Program-made: the position numbers and the translations under genes
Notes under the pieces: generated by a model
What the model saw: the letters and a program-made list of their open reading frames with translations, nothing else
Told to the model about the DNA's origin: nothing
Databases searched by the model: none
DNA from: Callorhinchus milii
Taxonomy: Eukaryota
Assembly (NCBI RefSeq): GCF_018977255.1
Contig: NW_024704749.1
Span: 7,936,001 to 8,000,000, forward strand
Direction of reading: 5' to 3'
Length of the DNA: 64,000 nt
Shown: positions 1 through 15,000 of the stretch, piece after piece
Layout: every line of letters starts with the position of its first letter
Numbering within the stretch: position 1 is the first letter of the stretch

Positions 1-3000
1 TCCGTGCCTATATGCTGCCCCCCGTGGACGTTTACTTTCTTCGAATCTCGCACCTCATCTCCAATGGACGGGTAGGTTCATCCGATCTCTGTTCAGAGCT
101 CGTGAGGACAGATCCCACAATGTAAAAGGGGATTGGCTATTGAATAACAATGGTTTCTTTCTTCGCTAGTTACTCTTAATTTCTTTAAATAGCGAGATGT
201 TCTGTTGTTCACTCAGCATCTTTGGGCCGGGGAAAGGCTGACGAAATATTTCATAAGAAATTGTTCTGTTCTACTGGGTGTTCGGGAGAAACCGGATTAC
301 ACATGCTGGCTTTCTTCTTTCCGTCCTTTTAACAGAGAGATGATTGCCTTAACGTCCTGAAGTCTCTTGCCTTCAGCGAAGCGGAGGACACCGCAATGAG
401 GCTGGTCACGTGGGCCCGATTGAAGTTTCAGGACCAGCCCGATAGCCCTGAGGTGAGGCCGGCCTCTTCACTGTACTGTCTTGTCATAATAATTTGCTCA
501 CAATACTTATTGCCTAAATGCAGTGAGATGGGGCTGCAACAACTGACGCAGCAAAATTCTGAGACGGGTTTGGCTCAAACCTTCTGACCCAGATAGAGGG
601 GAGCATAACTGACTGAGCGAAACTGACACATATTTTGTGTGGAGACAAATATACGCCAGATTGTGAGTTGCTATTCTTTGTTTCAGGGGAAAAAGCATCT
701 GGTGTCAATCGCAAAGGCTTTGGTGGAGGTTCTTAAATTCCTGCAGACCCATCAAAAGGGTGAGTTGTGTGTGCACTCCACAGCACGCTGTATTAATGGG
801 CTCGGTGCAGCCTGTGTCACAGGAACAGGAGGAAGCCATTCAGTCCCTCGAGCCTGTTCCATCATTCTATTAGCTCCTGGCTGATCTGTACCTTAACTCC
901 AATTACATAAGTAATTGTGAGACGGTTTGAAGACATGATAAGGCGCTACATCAACTGCAAGGATTATTATTATTGTCAACAAGGCTGCTTTTCTTTTGGC
1001 AGATGATACTTCGAAAAAGGAAGAGTACCAAAGCCATTTAAAAATGTTTGAAACCATTGGAAATTTACAGGTATAACGATTGATGTTTTTAAACTGTGTG
1101 TGCTTGGTGTGTTTGTTTGTGTGTGTGTCTGTGTGTATATGCGCATGTGTCCAAGTGAGAGTGTGTTAAGTAAAAAGAACATTTCCCTAGACACAGGGTT
1201 CAGTCTGAACGCTTCTGTGCAAAAAAGGCGCTATACAAATGTAATTTGTTGTTGCTCTTCTTATGACTAGATTTACACTGTAGCCTCAAGTTGTTCCAGT
1301 GTCCTGACTTCGACCACCAGTCTTGCTAAGGTGTTCTGATTTAGCCTTTGTTTCTGTTCTGTCTTTCACAACCCTGAGTGAACCTGCACCTTCTTGCCTT
1401 GCTGCCTCGGTGTATCTGAAAGCATTGTTTATTTCCGATGGTTTTGAAATCTTCTTTCCCCACTGGGGAGACTTCCTCAAGTTCAATAATTTAGCCTTGG
1501 GTGTTTGATCCTTTGAGTCCTCCCGTAGTGGCTACGCTATTTACTTACAATCGTCCATCGTCCCACAGGAATATTTTGATATCTTTATTTCTTTGCGAGA
1601 CTACGAGAGTCCAGAAGCGCTCTTGCAGTTGTACGAAGAGCAGGTGCAAGCGTTAGCCAGCACGTGGTCCAGGTCAAAGTCGGGGAAGGAGCCACTTGTG
1701 AACGGCTGCTCAGAGAACAAAGCCACGGTTCCTACTGAGGGCAGGCTCTACAGACTCTCCCTCCTGCTGCAGAACTCCGAGCAGCAAGCGGGAGGGCAGC
1801 TCGCCCTGAGAGCTCTTGCTGACGGAAAAGTGGAGAAGGCGCTGAATATTTGCAGGTAAGAAATTTTTATTAATAATATCATAATAATCCTTGCATTTGA
1901 TGTAGCACCTTATCACCTTGTTGAGATGCCTCAAAGCGCTCCATGGAATATATTGAAAAGTCGATTGACCATGTGTTTTGTGGGTGAAATGTGGCAGCCA
2001 ATTGCGCACAACAGTGTCCCGCAAACATTCGTGGATTGAGTGACCAAATTATTATATGTTTTTCTTTTCGCAGTGAACTTTATGAACAATATAAGAACGA
2101 TCAGACTGCCCAGGTGTTGCATCACGTAGCTCAGAAGCTGTGCCAGATGTTGGAGGCCAACATTCCCATGATAATCCCGCCTGGGATGAATTTGCCGGCT
2201 ATTATTTATGAACTGACCTGCCAAGCCATCACCATCTGCAGCACCGGTAATAATAATTCTCACCGTTCAAGAATCCTTAAAGCCTCGCTTGAACCGTGCC
2301 TTGGATTGACTGTGTATTTTGTGGGCGATCATCTTGGGAATTGTTGAGGTTAGGTGGGATAGCTGGATAGTGTTTTGGTATCTGTCCCTTGTGCCAGGGC
2401 CGAGACTGGGAGTTTTGTTGAAACCTCCGAACCCAACGCGCGTTGAGGGTATAAGGTTGTGAGTGATATTGCAGACATCAGTGCTGGAATGTAACCTCCA
2501 CGTCCATATCAATGTTCACAGACTTCTTGTTCGACTGCCAAGAGTTGTGTAAATGCACCCGTGTGGCCATGGATGTGTACAGACAGTGCATGATCGAGGA
2601 TTATGGATTTATAACAAAGGTAAAGTTTGGGTGTGCTTTGGAAGTAACTACGAAGTTTCATGCTTGCTTGAGGTTTAGCAGCGGTTTGGGATGGTGGGTT
2701 GTTGTTGCATTGTCAATGCTTTGGATAAGTATTAAATCGGGTTTCTCTTGGTCCTGGCCAACAATGCTCCAGATAAATTGGGATTCTCTGATTTTTGCAG
2801 CTGTTTGGGGGAGCTTGCTGCAAAGCGGGACCATTGAGGAGTAAGCAGTCCTTCCTTTCTTGTTAATGCCAATTCTTTCTCTTTTCCTCTCACCCTCCCA
2901 ATCTCCCCCACTCCTCTGCCCCCCAACCCTCCATAACCTCTGTCGGTGCTCAGATGTCGAACATGGGAATTGATCGTGACCCATACGATGAGTGGATATT

Positions 3001-6000
3001 TGAGGAGTTCTTCCTCGAGGATGGCATAGTGCTGAACCAGCTGTCGGTGCTGCCCGTCATGTACAAAATCACAGCTGCCTTTGTGCCCCATTTGCCAGGT
3101 ATTTCCGTCTGAGCTGCGGTTTCACATCCTCATGTTGGTTTGTTTGTTATTAGCTCCAGCTGGGGGTAGCCCAATAGAGTCCTGCTTCTCCGCATGCTGC
3201 CTGTGCCCTTAGCCCCATGGGTGGAAGTGAAGTCCCTGCAATATTAGTGAAAACCTTTAGTTGCGTGCGATGTGGTGATTTTACTGGATCTGAAGCAGCC
3301 TAAGGTAGAAGGTCAAGCCTCTGATCCAGGTGGGTAAATGGGTACAGAGGCACAGAGAGAGACATTCACACCCACACAGAGACTAATATCCCCACTGTTT
3401 TCATATCTGCTAAAGGTCCAATTAGTGTGACTATCTGTTTCTCTACCTTACTGCTCTTTCACTGAGTGGGAGGATCTGGTTACACAACAGCAAATTATAT
3501 TTACACATCGCCTCTCACTCAGGGAGTGTAGTGGTGTGAGGTAGTGAAGACACAGTCGAAGAGGAGGGTCTTGAGACGGGTTTTGAAGGAGGCAAGGGAG
3601 GGGAAGAGGCAAAGGGACGGTGGGATGGAGTTTCAAAGGGTCTACAATTCACTTTGGAACAAGTGTAGTGGTTATATAAGGTAGATGGGTTTTTCAGAAG
3701 AATTCTTAATATAGAAACTCAGCAATACAATCTTGTTTTAACGCTATCTCTATTCCACCCAGGCAAAAAATTGTACCCGTTGGATTGCATGAGTGTGGCG
3801 ATGAGTCCAGATAAGACAGGTATTTATGCTAATGAGCAACTGATTGAGACAAGGTTTCACAATGTCACTGCACAGAAACGGCTGTGTTGGTGTTTTTCTC
3901 CACACAAACTACCTGACATAAACAAACTCTCCTCTGCGCTCCGCTCCCCAATTTTCCATTTTCGAACATGGAATCCTGTAGCGTAGCAGTTAGAGCACTT
4001 GCCTCACAAGTGAGAGGACCTGAGTTTAATTCCCAGGCGATGCGAAATCTTAGGCAAGTTTCCTTCTCCACATGCCTCTGATTACCTAGCAGGGCGGATG
4101 GTGGTAACCTTTGGGGTCTGTGTTGCAGACAGGAATCCTTTGCTGCCAGTGAACATGCCGGTCACAAACTTGCTGCAGAGTTTACAGGAGTGCAGTCAGC
4201 TTCAGCTAGCCTTACAGGTGACCATCAACTCCTTCGGGACCTGCTTTCAGCACTTCACCTCCAACAACATGAGTTTAGAGTTAAGCAAGAAGGTGAGAAC
4301 CAACCTTCTACTAACTGCAGTTCTTCTGATGCGGACTATGTGTGCAACCCGACTTATTAAGAGGAAAGTGAAGCGTGCTGTAACTGATCCAGAGAGGGTC
4401 AGTGTCCCTTTCCAGTTGTTATTTATTGTTATTCATGGCTCGACGTCGTGCTCCATCAAGCACTCTGACGCTATCCTGCGCGAGGGGCGCTGTATAACTG
4501 CAAGTTGTTGTTATTTTCCCTCTGTAAAAAAAATGCTTCCTGACATCTGTCCACAAATCGCCCTTTGCAACCCTGAATCTGTGACCTCTTTGTTCTGCTC
4601 TGGTGCTGTAGAGTACTGTGACTTAAAGTGCTGCAACTTAAGGATCTGATGCAGCAGGCTGGGTGAGCTGAATGCCCTCCTCATGTTCCTGTGTCACTTG
4701 ATCGAGGTCCAGGCTTTTATTTAGGAGATTGGCAGCAGACTGCCTGGTGCCTGAGATGCCATCAAGAGTTTAATCGCCACCTGGTTAAAAGGGTGATGTT
4801 AAAAGTGAACAGAGTGCTTATGGTGGGACTTTAACGGGAGGCAGGCCTCTGTGCATGAGAGCACTCACTGACTCCCTGCCTTTCACACTTTGTGTAGCTT
4901 TTCCAGAAGGAAACCGTAACCGTGGCCAAGGATCTTGTTGTGGACATGGGGAAGGCAGCCTTGTCCCTCATTTCAGCTGCGTCTGTGGCATTGTTACACA
5001 AGGTAACCTTACTCTACTTAACATGAAGCAATTCTGAGGCTACGAATGTGAAGGCTACTATATAAGTGTAACGGATCTGGATCTCTCTCCCTCAGTCTCT
5101 CTTCCTCTCCATCCCTTCCTCTTTGTAATTGGTGTTTACTCCTCCAAGAAAGCCTAATCCCATATAGCTGCCCCATTCTCTCTAGGAGCTTTTCTCCGCT
5201 CGTGTCTGTCTGATTGTGAAAAGCGCTTTATCAAATGCAAGGATTATTATTATTTTATTACAGTGCCCCTAACCAGCTAACCTGCTGTCTGCTCAGGTGT
5301 TTAACTGCCGTGTGGTGGACACTGATTTGGCGCTGGCATACTGCACGCTGCTGCCCAAACGGCAGGTGTTTGAGAAGCTGTGGAACGTCATCAATGACAC
5401 GTGGCAAAATTACAGCAAAGTCTTGGTACGTCTGGCTCTGGGTGGGAATGTGCCATCACTCTGTTGCGTTGATCACTGTGTGTATACGTGGACACAGGCG
5501 CGTGTGCTTTGTGTTTGTGTGTGTTGTGACACAGTTCGTGTGTTGACTGATCTTCAGAGGAAGCATAGTTTGTGATCACTGACCTGGGGACTGGCTGTTT
5601 CAGGCAGTGGCCCAGGTCGGTGCTCAGCTGGCAGATTGGTATCAGGAGTCGCAGCAGAAGGAAAGTTTCACCTCTCTGATTGCTGACTCGGAGTGGGGTC
5701 TCAGGCTCAGCAAACTCGGGGTAAGTCTTTCAAATCATAATTTTCAAAAGGGATATATACTTGAAAAGGAACGATTTGCAAGGCTACGGGGAAAGAGTGG
5801 TGGAATGGGATTAGTTGGTTAGCTCTTTCAAAGATCAGGAACGATGGATCGAATGTCCTTCTATGCTATAGAATTCTATGATTCAAAGTCATGCACTCCT
5901 CCTAGCTGATTACATTGACCCACACACTCTTCTCTCTTCCGCAACCCTCTGCCCCCCCCCCCCCCCACCCCCTCACAGACACACAATAAATGTTAATTCC

Positions 6001-9000
6001 TGTCCCAAAACAGTCACTTTTTTAACCTTTTTTCTTCTCAACCTTTTCTTCTTTTGGAGCTACTTTTGGCTTCGCCAATGTTGCTTCACCTTACCATCTC
6101 ATTTGTTTTCTGGCGTTTTCCAGATCTCCTTCCAGTCAGCGTTCAAGGAGTGTGCAACCAAGAAGAAGGAACTGATCCCTGTTCTGGTGGAGAACCCAAA
6201 CACAGACTCAGAGCTGATCCTGCAGTACTGCCGGTGAGCAAAGCTTCTTTTCCCCCCCCACCCCCACTTCACCCTTCCCTCGGGGGCCCAGCCAGTACAA
6301 TTAAAGTGCTTTGGGACATCCTGACATGACATCAATATAAATTTGCATTCACGGCACATTTCAAACCAGACCACAATGGTGACCTGCAATCACGCAGCCA
6401 GCGCCTTTCACATAAAAGAAACGTCTCAGGGCATTTTACAGAACCAGGTTAAGGGATAGAGTTCCAAGGGCAAACCTGGCGATGGGAAGAAATTCTCAGC
6501 TGTAACTAATGTTAGTTAGCCTCTGTTTACCTAACCGTCAGTAGGTTGTTAATCGATTGACGGATCGCTCTCCAGTTCTCCTTCAAAAAAATAACACTAA
6601 TGATAATATGATCACTCAATCCACGACTCTTAGTAGGACACTGCTGTGTGTAATTGGCTGCAGTATTTTGCCCACAAAATACACAGTTGATCCACCACAA
6701 TATATGCTGTGAAGCATTTTGAAATGTCTCAATGTCATGATTAGGCGCTATATCAAATACAAGGATTATTATTATTGTGGCATGTGTGTTTTCAGGACCT
6801 TTGAGCTGAATAGCGACATAGCTCTGCAGCTGTACGTCGAAACTCTGCTGCTGCGTGGGGGCAGCGCCCACAGTGGCGAAGGGGAGCCGGGGGGCGTGAA
6901 GCCGGCCCATACAGAGCTGTTGGCCAGAGCTGTCGAGATTGTTCCTTTGTTAAAGATCACCTCAGACTTGGTAGTCAGTCTGAACAGCTCTCTGTACAAG
7001 GTACCACTCCCGCTTTGCCTGAGAATCAGGGCCCTGCTTGTTAAAGACGGAGCATGCATTTTTATAGCACCTTATATGTGGAAATGCTTCACAGCACTTC
7101 ACAGCAATTACTGTGGAGTCCCGTAGCGAGGTGGTTAGCGCGCTCGCCTTGCGAGTGAGAAGTCCCGGGTTCAATTCCCGGGCGGGGCGAAACTTTGGAC
7201 AAGTTTCTGTTTACCTAGTAGTAAGTAGGAATCCAGTTGTTAGTCGATTGGCGGATCACTTTTCGGGGGTAACACAGTCCCTCCATTTTGCCACCTTCAA
7301 GACCCACCTCAAGGCCCTCCTCTTTGACCGTGCGTTCGATTTCCCTGCTTCCACCCCGTGCCCTTCACCCTCCTCGACCCCCAGCTCGGGTCCGTAACTC
7401 TGTCTGTCCAGGGCCTTGGGACGTCCTCATGACGTGAAAGGTGCTATACAATGTAATTTTGTTGTTGTTGTAATAATTCCTTAATAAAAAATAATAATAA
7501 TAATTTAGTTCCTCATTGTTGTGCGCAAGGTCCCACAAATATATTAAACGCAAGGATTATTATTATTGTTGTTGTTGAGTCTCATCTTGGAAACATACAT
7601 TTAACCTTGATTTATTTTTCTAAACATTGTTTAAGATGGACCCTTACGACTATGAAGTCATTGAAGGCGTCTTAAAGATTATAAATTTGGCAGATGAGAA
7701 GATTGTCAGCATCAATCTGGATCAGGTAGGAAAGGTTCAATTTCGTATTAAAAATTTGGAGAGGAAATTCCCCAAGTGAATGGTTATCTATCAGCTATGG
7801 ATCTTTGTAACAAATCTGCCCTTTCTTTTTATATATATTAGGCTTTAAGTCTGTTGCAACACCTGTACTCCTACAATCGTGTTTCTCCTCTGTCAGACCT
7901 GGAACATGAGTACCTGATGGAGCATTCAATCACCCTCTCACCTGCGACCAAAACCCGGCTGCCCTTTCACCTGCTTTTCTTTGAAAACTCCCAGAGGTTC
8001 TGGACGATCATCTGTAAGTTTATTTGCTGAGCGTCAGATTCCCAGCTTCGCATTTTGAATAGTTGGGTATCTTTCACGTCCACCTGAGCGGGCAGACGGG
8101 ACCTTGGTTTAATATATAATTGATTTAATATATAATTAATATATATAATTGATATATAATATAATAGGTGATAGGCTGCTCGACTGCTCACTGAGTCAGT
8201 GTGATTGAGTGTGAAGTTCTGTAGCTTCACTGAGTCCTGTAGCTCAGTGGTTAGAGCAAGCAAGAGACCTGGGTTTGATTCTTGGCAGGGTGAAACCTTG
8301 GGCAAATTTCCTTACTCCACACCACACACCTGATAATAATCCCTCAAGAGAAAAAACAATAATAAATTGGGCACTTCAATCCATGACTGTTTGTGGGACA
8401 CTAATGTGGGCAATTGGCTGCCACGTTTCGCCCACAAATTCACTACAGAATATTCTGTTAAGCGCTTTGAAATGTCTAGAAGATGTGAAAAGCGCTATAT
8501 CAAGTGTGAGGATTATTATTAATTTTACATAAGTGTTGTCGTCGTTTGTCTTTACAGCTGCAGAACTCAGTGAGGAGACGTTTCCCACTCTGCTCCTGAT
8601 ATCCAAACTGATGAAGGTGAGTTTCAGACCCACGGTAGCGACTGTGGGTGTGGGAAGCTGCCGCAATCTGTTACTGAGTCGGATTCTATCATTCGTTTTA
8701 AAAGGGAATGAGATAGAAGCTTGAAAAATGAGGGGTATCATAGAGCTCAGGAAAGTTGGATTAGGCACCATGCTTCAGGCAGGATTGAACTGTACTGTTG
8801 AGCCCAAAGAGCTTGGTTGGTATGCGTGTTTCTGAGTGAGTGAGTGGGTGGGTGGTCTCTGCCTCTCACTATGGGTGGTTCTCTTCCAGGTCTCCCTGGA
8901 CAAGCTTTACATGTCTGCCGTCAAGCACGTCTTTGCCAAGACGCTGAAGCCTAGAGCCCTAAAGCAGGCCAAGGAGGGAAGTGTGTCACTGATAACCAAG

Positions 9001-12000
9001 GAAACTGCTGAAACTGTCCAGACCATCCAGTCCTATATTTTGTCAATCACAAACCCAGAGTGGGCAATCGCTATTTCCCATTGGATCGCACAAGAACTTC
9101 CAATAGGTAAATCTATTGCGCCTTCGGTCACCCTCCCTACCCTCCACCCATCCTGATTCCAACCTCTAGCTCGGGTGCAAATCCGTAACTGTCTAGCACC
9201 TTGTGACATCCTCCTGTTGTGAAAGGTGCTGTATAAATGTAATTTGTTGTTTTTGTGAGCCAATCTGGCTGGACCAATAGAATAAGACTAGTCCTACACT
9301 ATCTCTCCAAATCCTTGATCTGTTCCTTCGCCAAATAGCTTTCTAATTCGCTTATGAATTTAGTGACACAATCTGTCTCCCCCTCCAGCCTCTCTGGGTA
9401 GTCCATTCCACATATTACCTGTGTGAAGTAGTTACATTTTAATTTGTTTGTTGTAATAATAGTTCTTGGATTTCATGTTGGGCTTTTAATGTTGAATTTG
9501 CTGGTAACTGTTTGTCCATTGCAGGACCGGATAAGATCCAGGCCCTGAAGTTCTGCCTGCAGCTGTCTGAGAACTGGCTGAACAGCACTTCGCCAAAGGT
9601 ACAGTCATTCTAGCAGAGGCCACCATCGCTCGTAAAAAGGAAATTGGACAACTATCTCATATGCGGGACAAAGTGAACAGCTCTTTCTGTTTTGTCTCAC
9701 CTTAGTAACTGAGTAACTGGGAGGGGTTGCGTGTACGTACCTCGGTAACAGCCTCTTCGCTAACTTTTTTGCCTGCGGGCTTTTAGCAGGTTTAGAAACC
9801 CTCACTTCTCGTCTGTTTGCAGGACGAAGCTCACCAGAAAGCTGAGAATTCGCTGAGCAAGTTGCGAGTGGAGTACGAGAGGTCAGCCACTGAGAATGTA
9901 CTGAGGATTCACACCCTGAATAGCCCCGAGCACCTGAAACTAATCAAGCTGCCGGCCAAGCTCATCCGCTCACTGTATGAGCACAGCAGTATCGAGGAGA
10001 GGTTTAAACAGCCTACTGCTAGGAGCTATCCAGGTACGTGCACACACATACACCAGCTCCGTAAAACCAACACTAACTGCCCCATGACACTTTTGGAGGT
10101 GAGTTTACAACTTACCAGTGTCTTGCTCTACGCTACCTCTGTGACCTCCTAAAACCCTAACAAAATGTCCGCCATCTCCGCTCGGCGGATACTGACCTGT
10201 TCCACATCCCACGCCCCCCCTTCTCCCTCATCCGTCTGCTCCACCATCGGAGGTCAGGCCTCTAGCCTTTCTGCATCCACCCTCTGGGACTCCATCCTGG
10301 AGTCCCTCTGCCTCGCCCCATCCATTGCCTCCTTCAAGGCCCGTCTCAAGACCTTCCTCTTTGACTGCGTCTTCGGTCATTTTGCCACCTCTCTTGACTC
10401 CAGACCACAGCTTGGGTGTGAACCCTTGACTGTCCAGGGCCTTGGGACATCCTCCCGATGTGAACGGGCGCTTTTTAATGCAATTTGTTTTGTTGTTGAG
10501 AAGGGAGTTTGCCCTGGCACTATATTGCACTTGATGTGGTTACCAAGTGAAGTTCTTGTTTTAGATATCCACACCGCCGCTAACCAGCTCGCTGAAATAA
10601 ACAGCCGGGATATCAATAAAATCCGGAGCGCCTTACTGGAGGAGTGGCTATGCCCTCCCAGCCAGCCAGATGCGGTAAGTTTTGAACAGGCAGGGCACAC
10701 GGGCAGCGCCTGGCATGGGGGCTTTAACAAAGGTTAGAATTCCGTCAGTTCACCCACCCACGGGGACTCCGCTCAGGAGGCGTGGAAGCCAATCACTTCG
10801 ATGTAATATACTTCCCACCTCCACAGGGATTCCGCATTGTAAGGCTCGGGATTCCTTGTTAAGGAAAATCCCACGTCAGAGCCGAATATTCCAATAATAA
10901 CCTCTGGGATTTCCATCTATAGGTGGGATGCATGGAATTCTCAACTTGGTTTAGATGCTGTTAAGCATGGTGAAGGGTTTCCACGTGAGTCTGACACTCG
11001 CCTGATCCCCAAGAAACCACACACACAGTGGCACAATGTAACACTCTTTGCTAATCCTTAATTGACGGGGAAAATTCTCCTTGACTACTTAGGGAGGCTT
11101 AATAAAGCTCTCTCAAGGTTAATAGTGTATTTTTCCCCGCTACGTTTAGGGTGAGATGCCGCTGGAGTTTCTCAGCGATATGCAGGAAGATGCAGCTCTG
11201 TTGAGGTGAAGTGTTTTTTTTTGTTCATGGTGTAATATACAGGGTGGTTCTGTTAAAAGACGCTTCTCTGAGCTTGGGTTCACTTCGAGTTTAGAGGATT
11301 ATTTTTAAACAGGAATATTTCTTGAAATGTGCATTTTATCAATCGAATGCCCTTTTCTTCTTGCAGAGTTATTTACCTCCTTCAGCCGTACCCCGTTGAC
11401 TATAGCGCCAAGCTCCTCTCAACTTTTGCAACTGCTTCAACCTCTGTAAGTAATCAGCGTCTAAGAATGGATTTCCATGCCATGTGCTAGCGCCAACCTG
11501 TCCCTAACCAAGCACTCCGGGATGCTATCCCACGTGAAGGGCGCTATATAAATGCAATGTTGTTTAACCACTTGCAGAGCATTGAAGTGCCAATATCTAC
11601 ATGCGCGTGCTACATAGGAACAGGAGCAGGCCATTCAGCTCCTCAAGCCTACTCTGCCATTCTCCAAGATCATGGCTGATCTGTACCTCAACTCCAAATA
11701 CCCGCCTTGGCTCCATATCCCTTAATGTTCTGACCTAACAAATATCTATCTACCTCAGTTATCTGCCAGTACTTGTTTCAATTGAATTTTTGTTCAAGCC
11801 GGAAGTGCTTTGTGTTTGAGTGCTGACTTTTACAAAGTGATTAGTGATCTGATCCAACCTGACCACACGCTTATGTTTTTTGGCTTTTCTAGCCTTTTGT
11901 CAACAAACAGCTGACATTTGCACACAGGAGCCGAGCTTTGCAGTGCTTGCTTCACATCGCAGATAGCAAGATGATAACTGCTATCAGCCAGCAGTCCATT

Positions 12001-15000
12001 GAGAAAGTCAAGTACGTGTGGTGTCTAGTGTTTGTATTTAACATAATTCTGTAGCAAGGAGGGGGTAGGGGATGCACAAGAAGAAGTCATTCATTGGTTT
12101 ACATTGGAGAGCAGTGAGTGGGTGGAAAGAATGACACAGAGAGAGATGGTGGAGGCAGATTGTATCTTAAATTCTAGTGGTTGGTACTCTTGCCTTCGAT
12201 TCCCAGAACTGATTCCTTAGGCAAGTTTCCTTACTCCACACGCCTCTGTTTACCTACTATTAAGTAGGAACCCGAATGTTAGTCGATTGGTGGATCACTT
12301 TCCAGGAGTAATAATCCCTCCCAAAAAAAATGTGATCACTCAATCCACAACTGTTTGTGGGACACTGCTGTGCACAATTGGCTGCCGCATTTCTCCCACA
12401 AAATACAGTTACCTTACTTTACATTCTATTGTAATACAGATAATTCACTGAACTGCCTACGTGTTGGAGTGCACGGTTTGCTCAATATATTCTGTGAAGT
12501 GCTTTGAGATGCCTCAACGAAGTAATAAGATGCTATATCAAAGGCAGGGTTATTATTATTATAAGATATCCCCCGAGGGTTGAGAGGGACAGAGAGTTCT
12601 GTAGGATTAATTGATCTTTGGCCGGTTAATCCTCATTGATTTTTTTTTCAGATTGAGTGTGAATACAGATAATCTTGAAGATAATTATTCCTATATGTTT
12701 CACTGAAGTGTCTGTGTCTTGAGCGCGGGGCTTTACTCAAGTGAGTGTTAACGACAGACCTCTCTCCTCCAGGTCGTATCTGAAGTGCTGCATTTACCTG
12801 GCGGAGTTTGAGATGCTGAACATTCCTTATACCACGGAGTCCTTCCACAACAGCGCCAAAGAGGGGATGATTAAAGGCTTGTGGAAGAACCACAACCATG
12901 AACCCAGGGTCAGCAAGAATAGTTCATTCTACAGGGTGTCCACAAAGTCCTCTTACCATCCCGTGTTAAGTGCTCCAAGGCACTGCCCTGCATGAGGAGA
13001 GCTATATAAATGCAAGTTGTTGTCACAAAACACAGCTATGAGACTATGGAGGAGCTGAAACAAGCTGTCGGAGATGCATTTTGCTTTGTCACCCCATCCA
13101 TCCATATTACGGAAGACATTATACTGAACATGGCGACGGATCATTATCTGCCATGAAAATGATGGCGCTCACACACGCACAGCGATCCTCTGTCAGTTAA
13201 ACACTTGTACTTCTCAATACAATTATCATCATTCTTCCACGTTTCAGTTGTTGGTCAGTGCATTGAAGAGAGAGAGAGAAAAAATGCGGGTAACAGGACT
13301 TTGGAGACACCCTGTACACTTGCACACACTGTCCAATTAGCAAACCTATTCAAAAGGGGCGAAACTGAGCAAAGAGAATGATTGTTTTATGTTTTTCCTC
13401 ACAGGCTGTCCGTCTGGTGACTGAGCTGAGCTTGGAGTATGGGGTGTTTGACCAGCTGCTCTGGAATGGAATCCTGCAGAAGCTTCTTGGCTTTAACATG
13501 GTGAATACAGCGGCTTCACACAATCTACATCCTGAACGCTGTGTGCAGGGCGGGTTTTATTTTTGTTTGTGTGTCATCAGACCCACTCCACTATAGAGGG
13601 GGTCACAGCCGAGCCTGACCTCTCCTCACCTGGCTGCCAAACGCACCCTACCAGTAGAAGGTGGTGAAGGGGACAAGGAGTAGGAGCCTGGCTAGTTTTC
13701 ACCTCCCGATCCTGGGGACAATTTAGCCTCTCAATGTAATAAAGGGGAATGTTACATCATCATCTTTTCAAGTCTCTAGGGCTCATTATAAACTAGGGCT
13801 GTTTGGTGCTGCATGTGTTTGTTGTTCTGTGTCTTGCAGAATAACTACCTGAGGAAGGTTCTGATGGCAATCACTGCAGTGCACGCTCTGTGGCAGGTAT
13901 GGCAATGCTTTGCTTTGTAAACACTCTTGCCTTCGTGTGCTGCTGATCACTTTTTATGTCTGTTATATTTAAGAGATGTCCCCAGCTGGCAAATGGCCAT
14001 TGATCTTGTGTGAATATCGAAAGAGCTGTCATATTTCATGGTGCCAATCAGTTCTAGAAATGTCTCAGCAAACGTAACGCCTACCACTGACATGTCTTAG
14101 TTTGGTTAAAGACTAATATGTCTGTGTAATTTCCCCTTCTGACACAAACGCATTCCTAACTCCTTTTCCTAACTCCTCTGACAATGCAGTGGTGCCCCCA
14201 GCACTGCACTGGACTGTGAGCTCAAGTCCCAACATGATCCAGAGGTGAGAGTGCAGCTAGAGAAGCCAAGCAGTTTTACAGATTTGGGTTTGCGGGCAGC
14301 CCTGTCAATCAAATGTTTCACAATCACAAAATTGTAATTTTAGAGCACTCACCTCGCAAGTGAGAGGACCCAGGTTCGATTCCCAGGTTCGATTCCTGGG
14401 CAGGGCGAAACGTTAGGCAAGTTTCCTTACTCCACATGCCTCGGTTTATCTAGCAGTAAGGAAGAACCCAGTTGTTAGTCGGTTGGCGGAGCGCTTTTCC
14501 GGGGGTAATAATCCCTTCAATAAATAAATAATAATTTGGTCACTCAATGCACTACTGTTTGTGGGACGCTGCTGTGCGCAATTGGCTGCCGCGTTTCACC
14601 CACAAAATATGCAGTAAACTCACTTGACAGTACATTCTTTGAAGCTCTTTGAGACTTCTTGAAGTCGTGATAAGGCACTATATCAAGGGTAAGTTTTATT
14701 ATAATTATTATTATCATCCCTGCAGATCCCAAACTTTACCCGAGCATGGCGCAGTGTGATCCTTGCACCCTTCCTCACAGGTATGTTAATCCTCACTTCA
14801 CTTCATTACCATTTTACAAAATGTCAGCAGAACGCAGTGTTTGTATTGATGTTGTCTTGTTTCATTCTTTGACTAGCCTCGAGCCCGCCAAGTCCCAGGC
14901 AGCTGGAGGCCTGTTACCAGTCTTTTGTCCTCTTAATCAAGTAGGTGCTTCCAAATCCATCGCTATCTCTTCCCTCCGCCAACCGCTGTGTTAGCCTATG

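Noticed and set aside
7118-7195. tRNA-like sequences with A and B boxes (also near 3975, 8235, 15740 and 36120-36190)
   Set aside because: They are heads of the tRNA-derived SINE and run directly into the SINE body; not tRNA genes.
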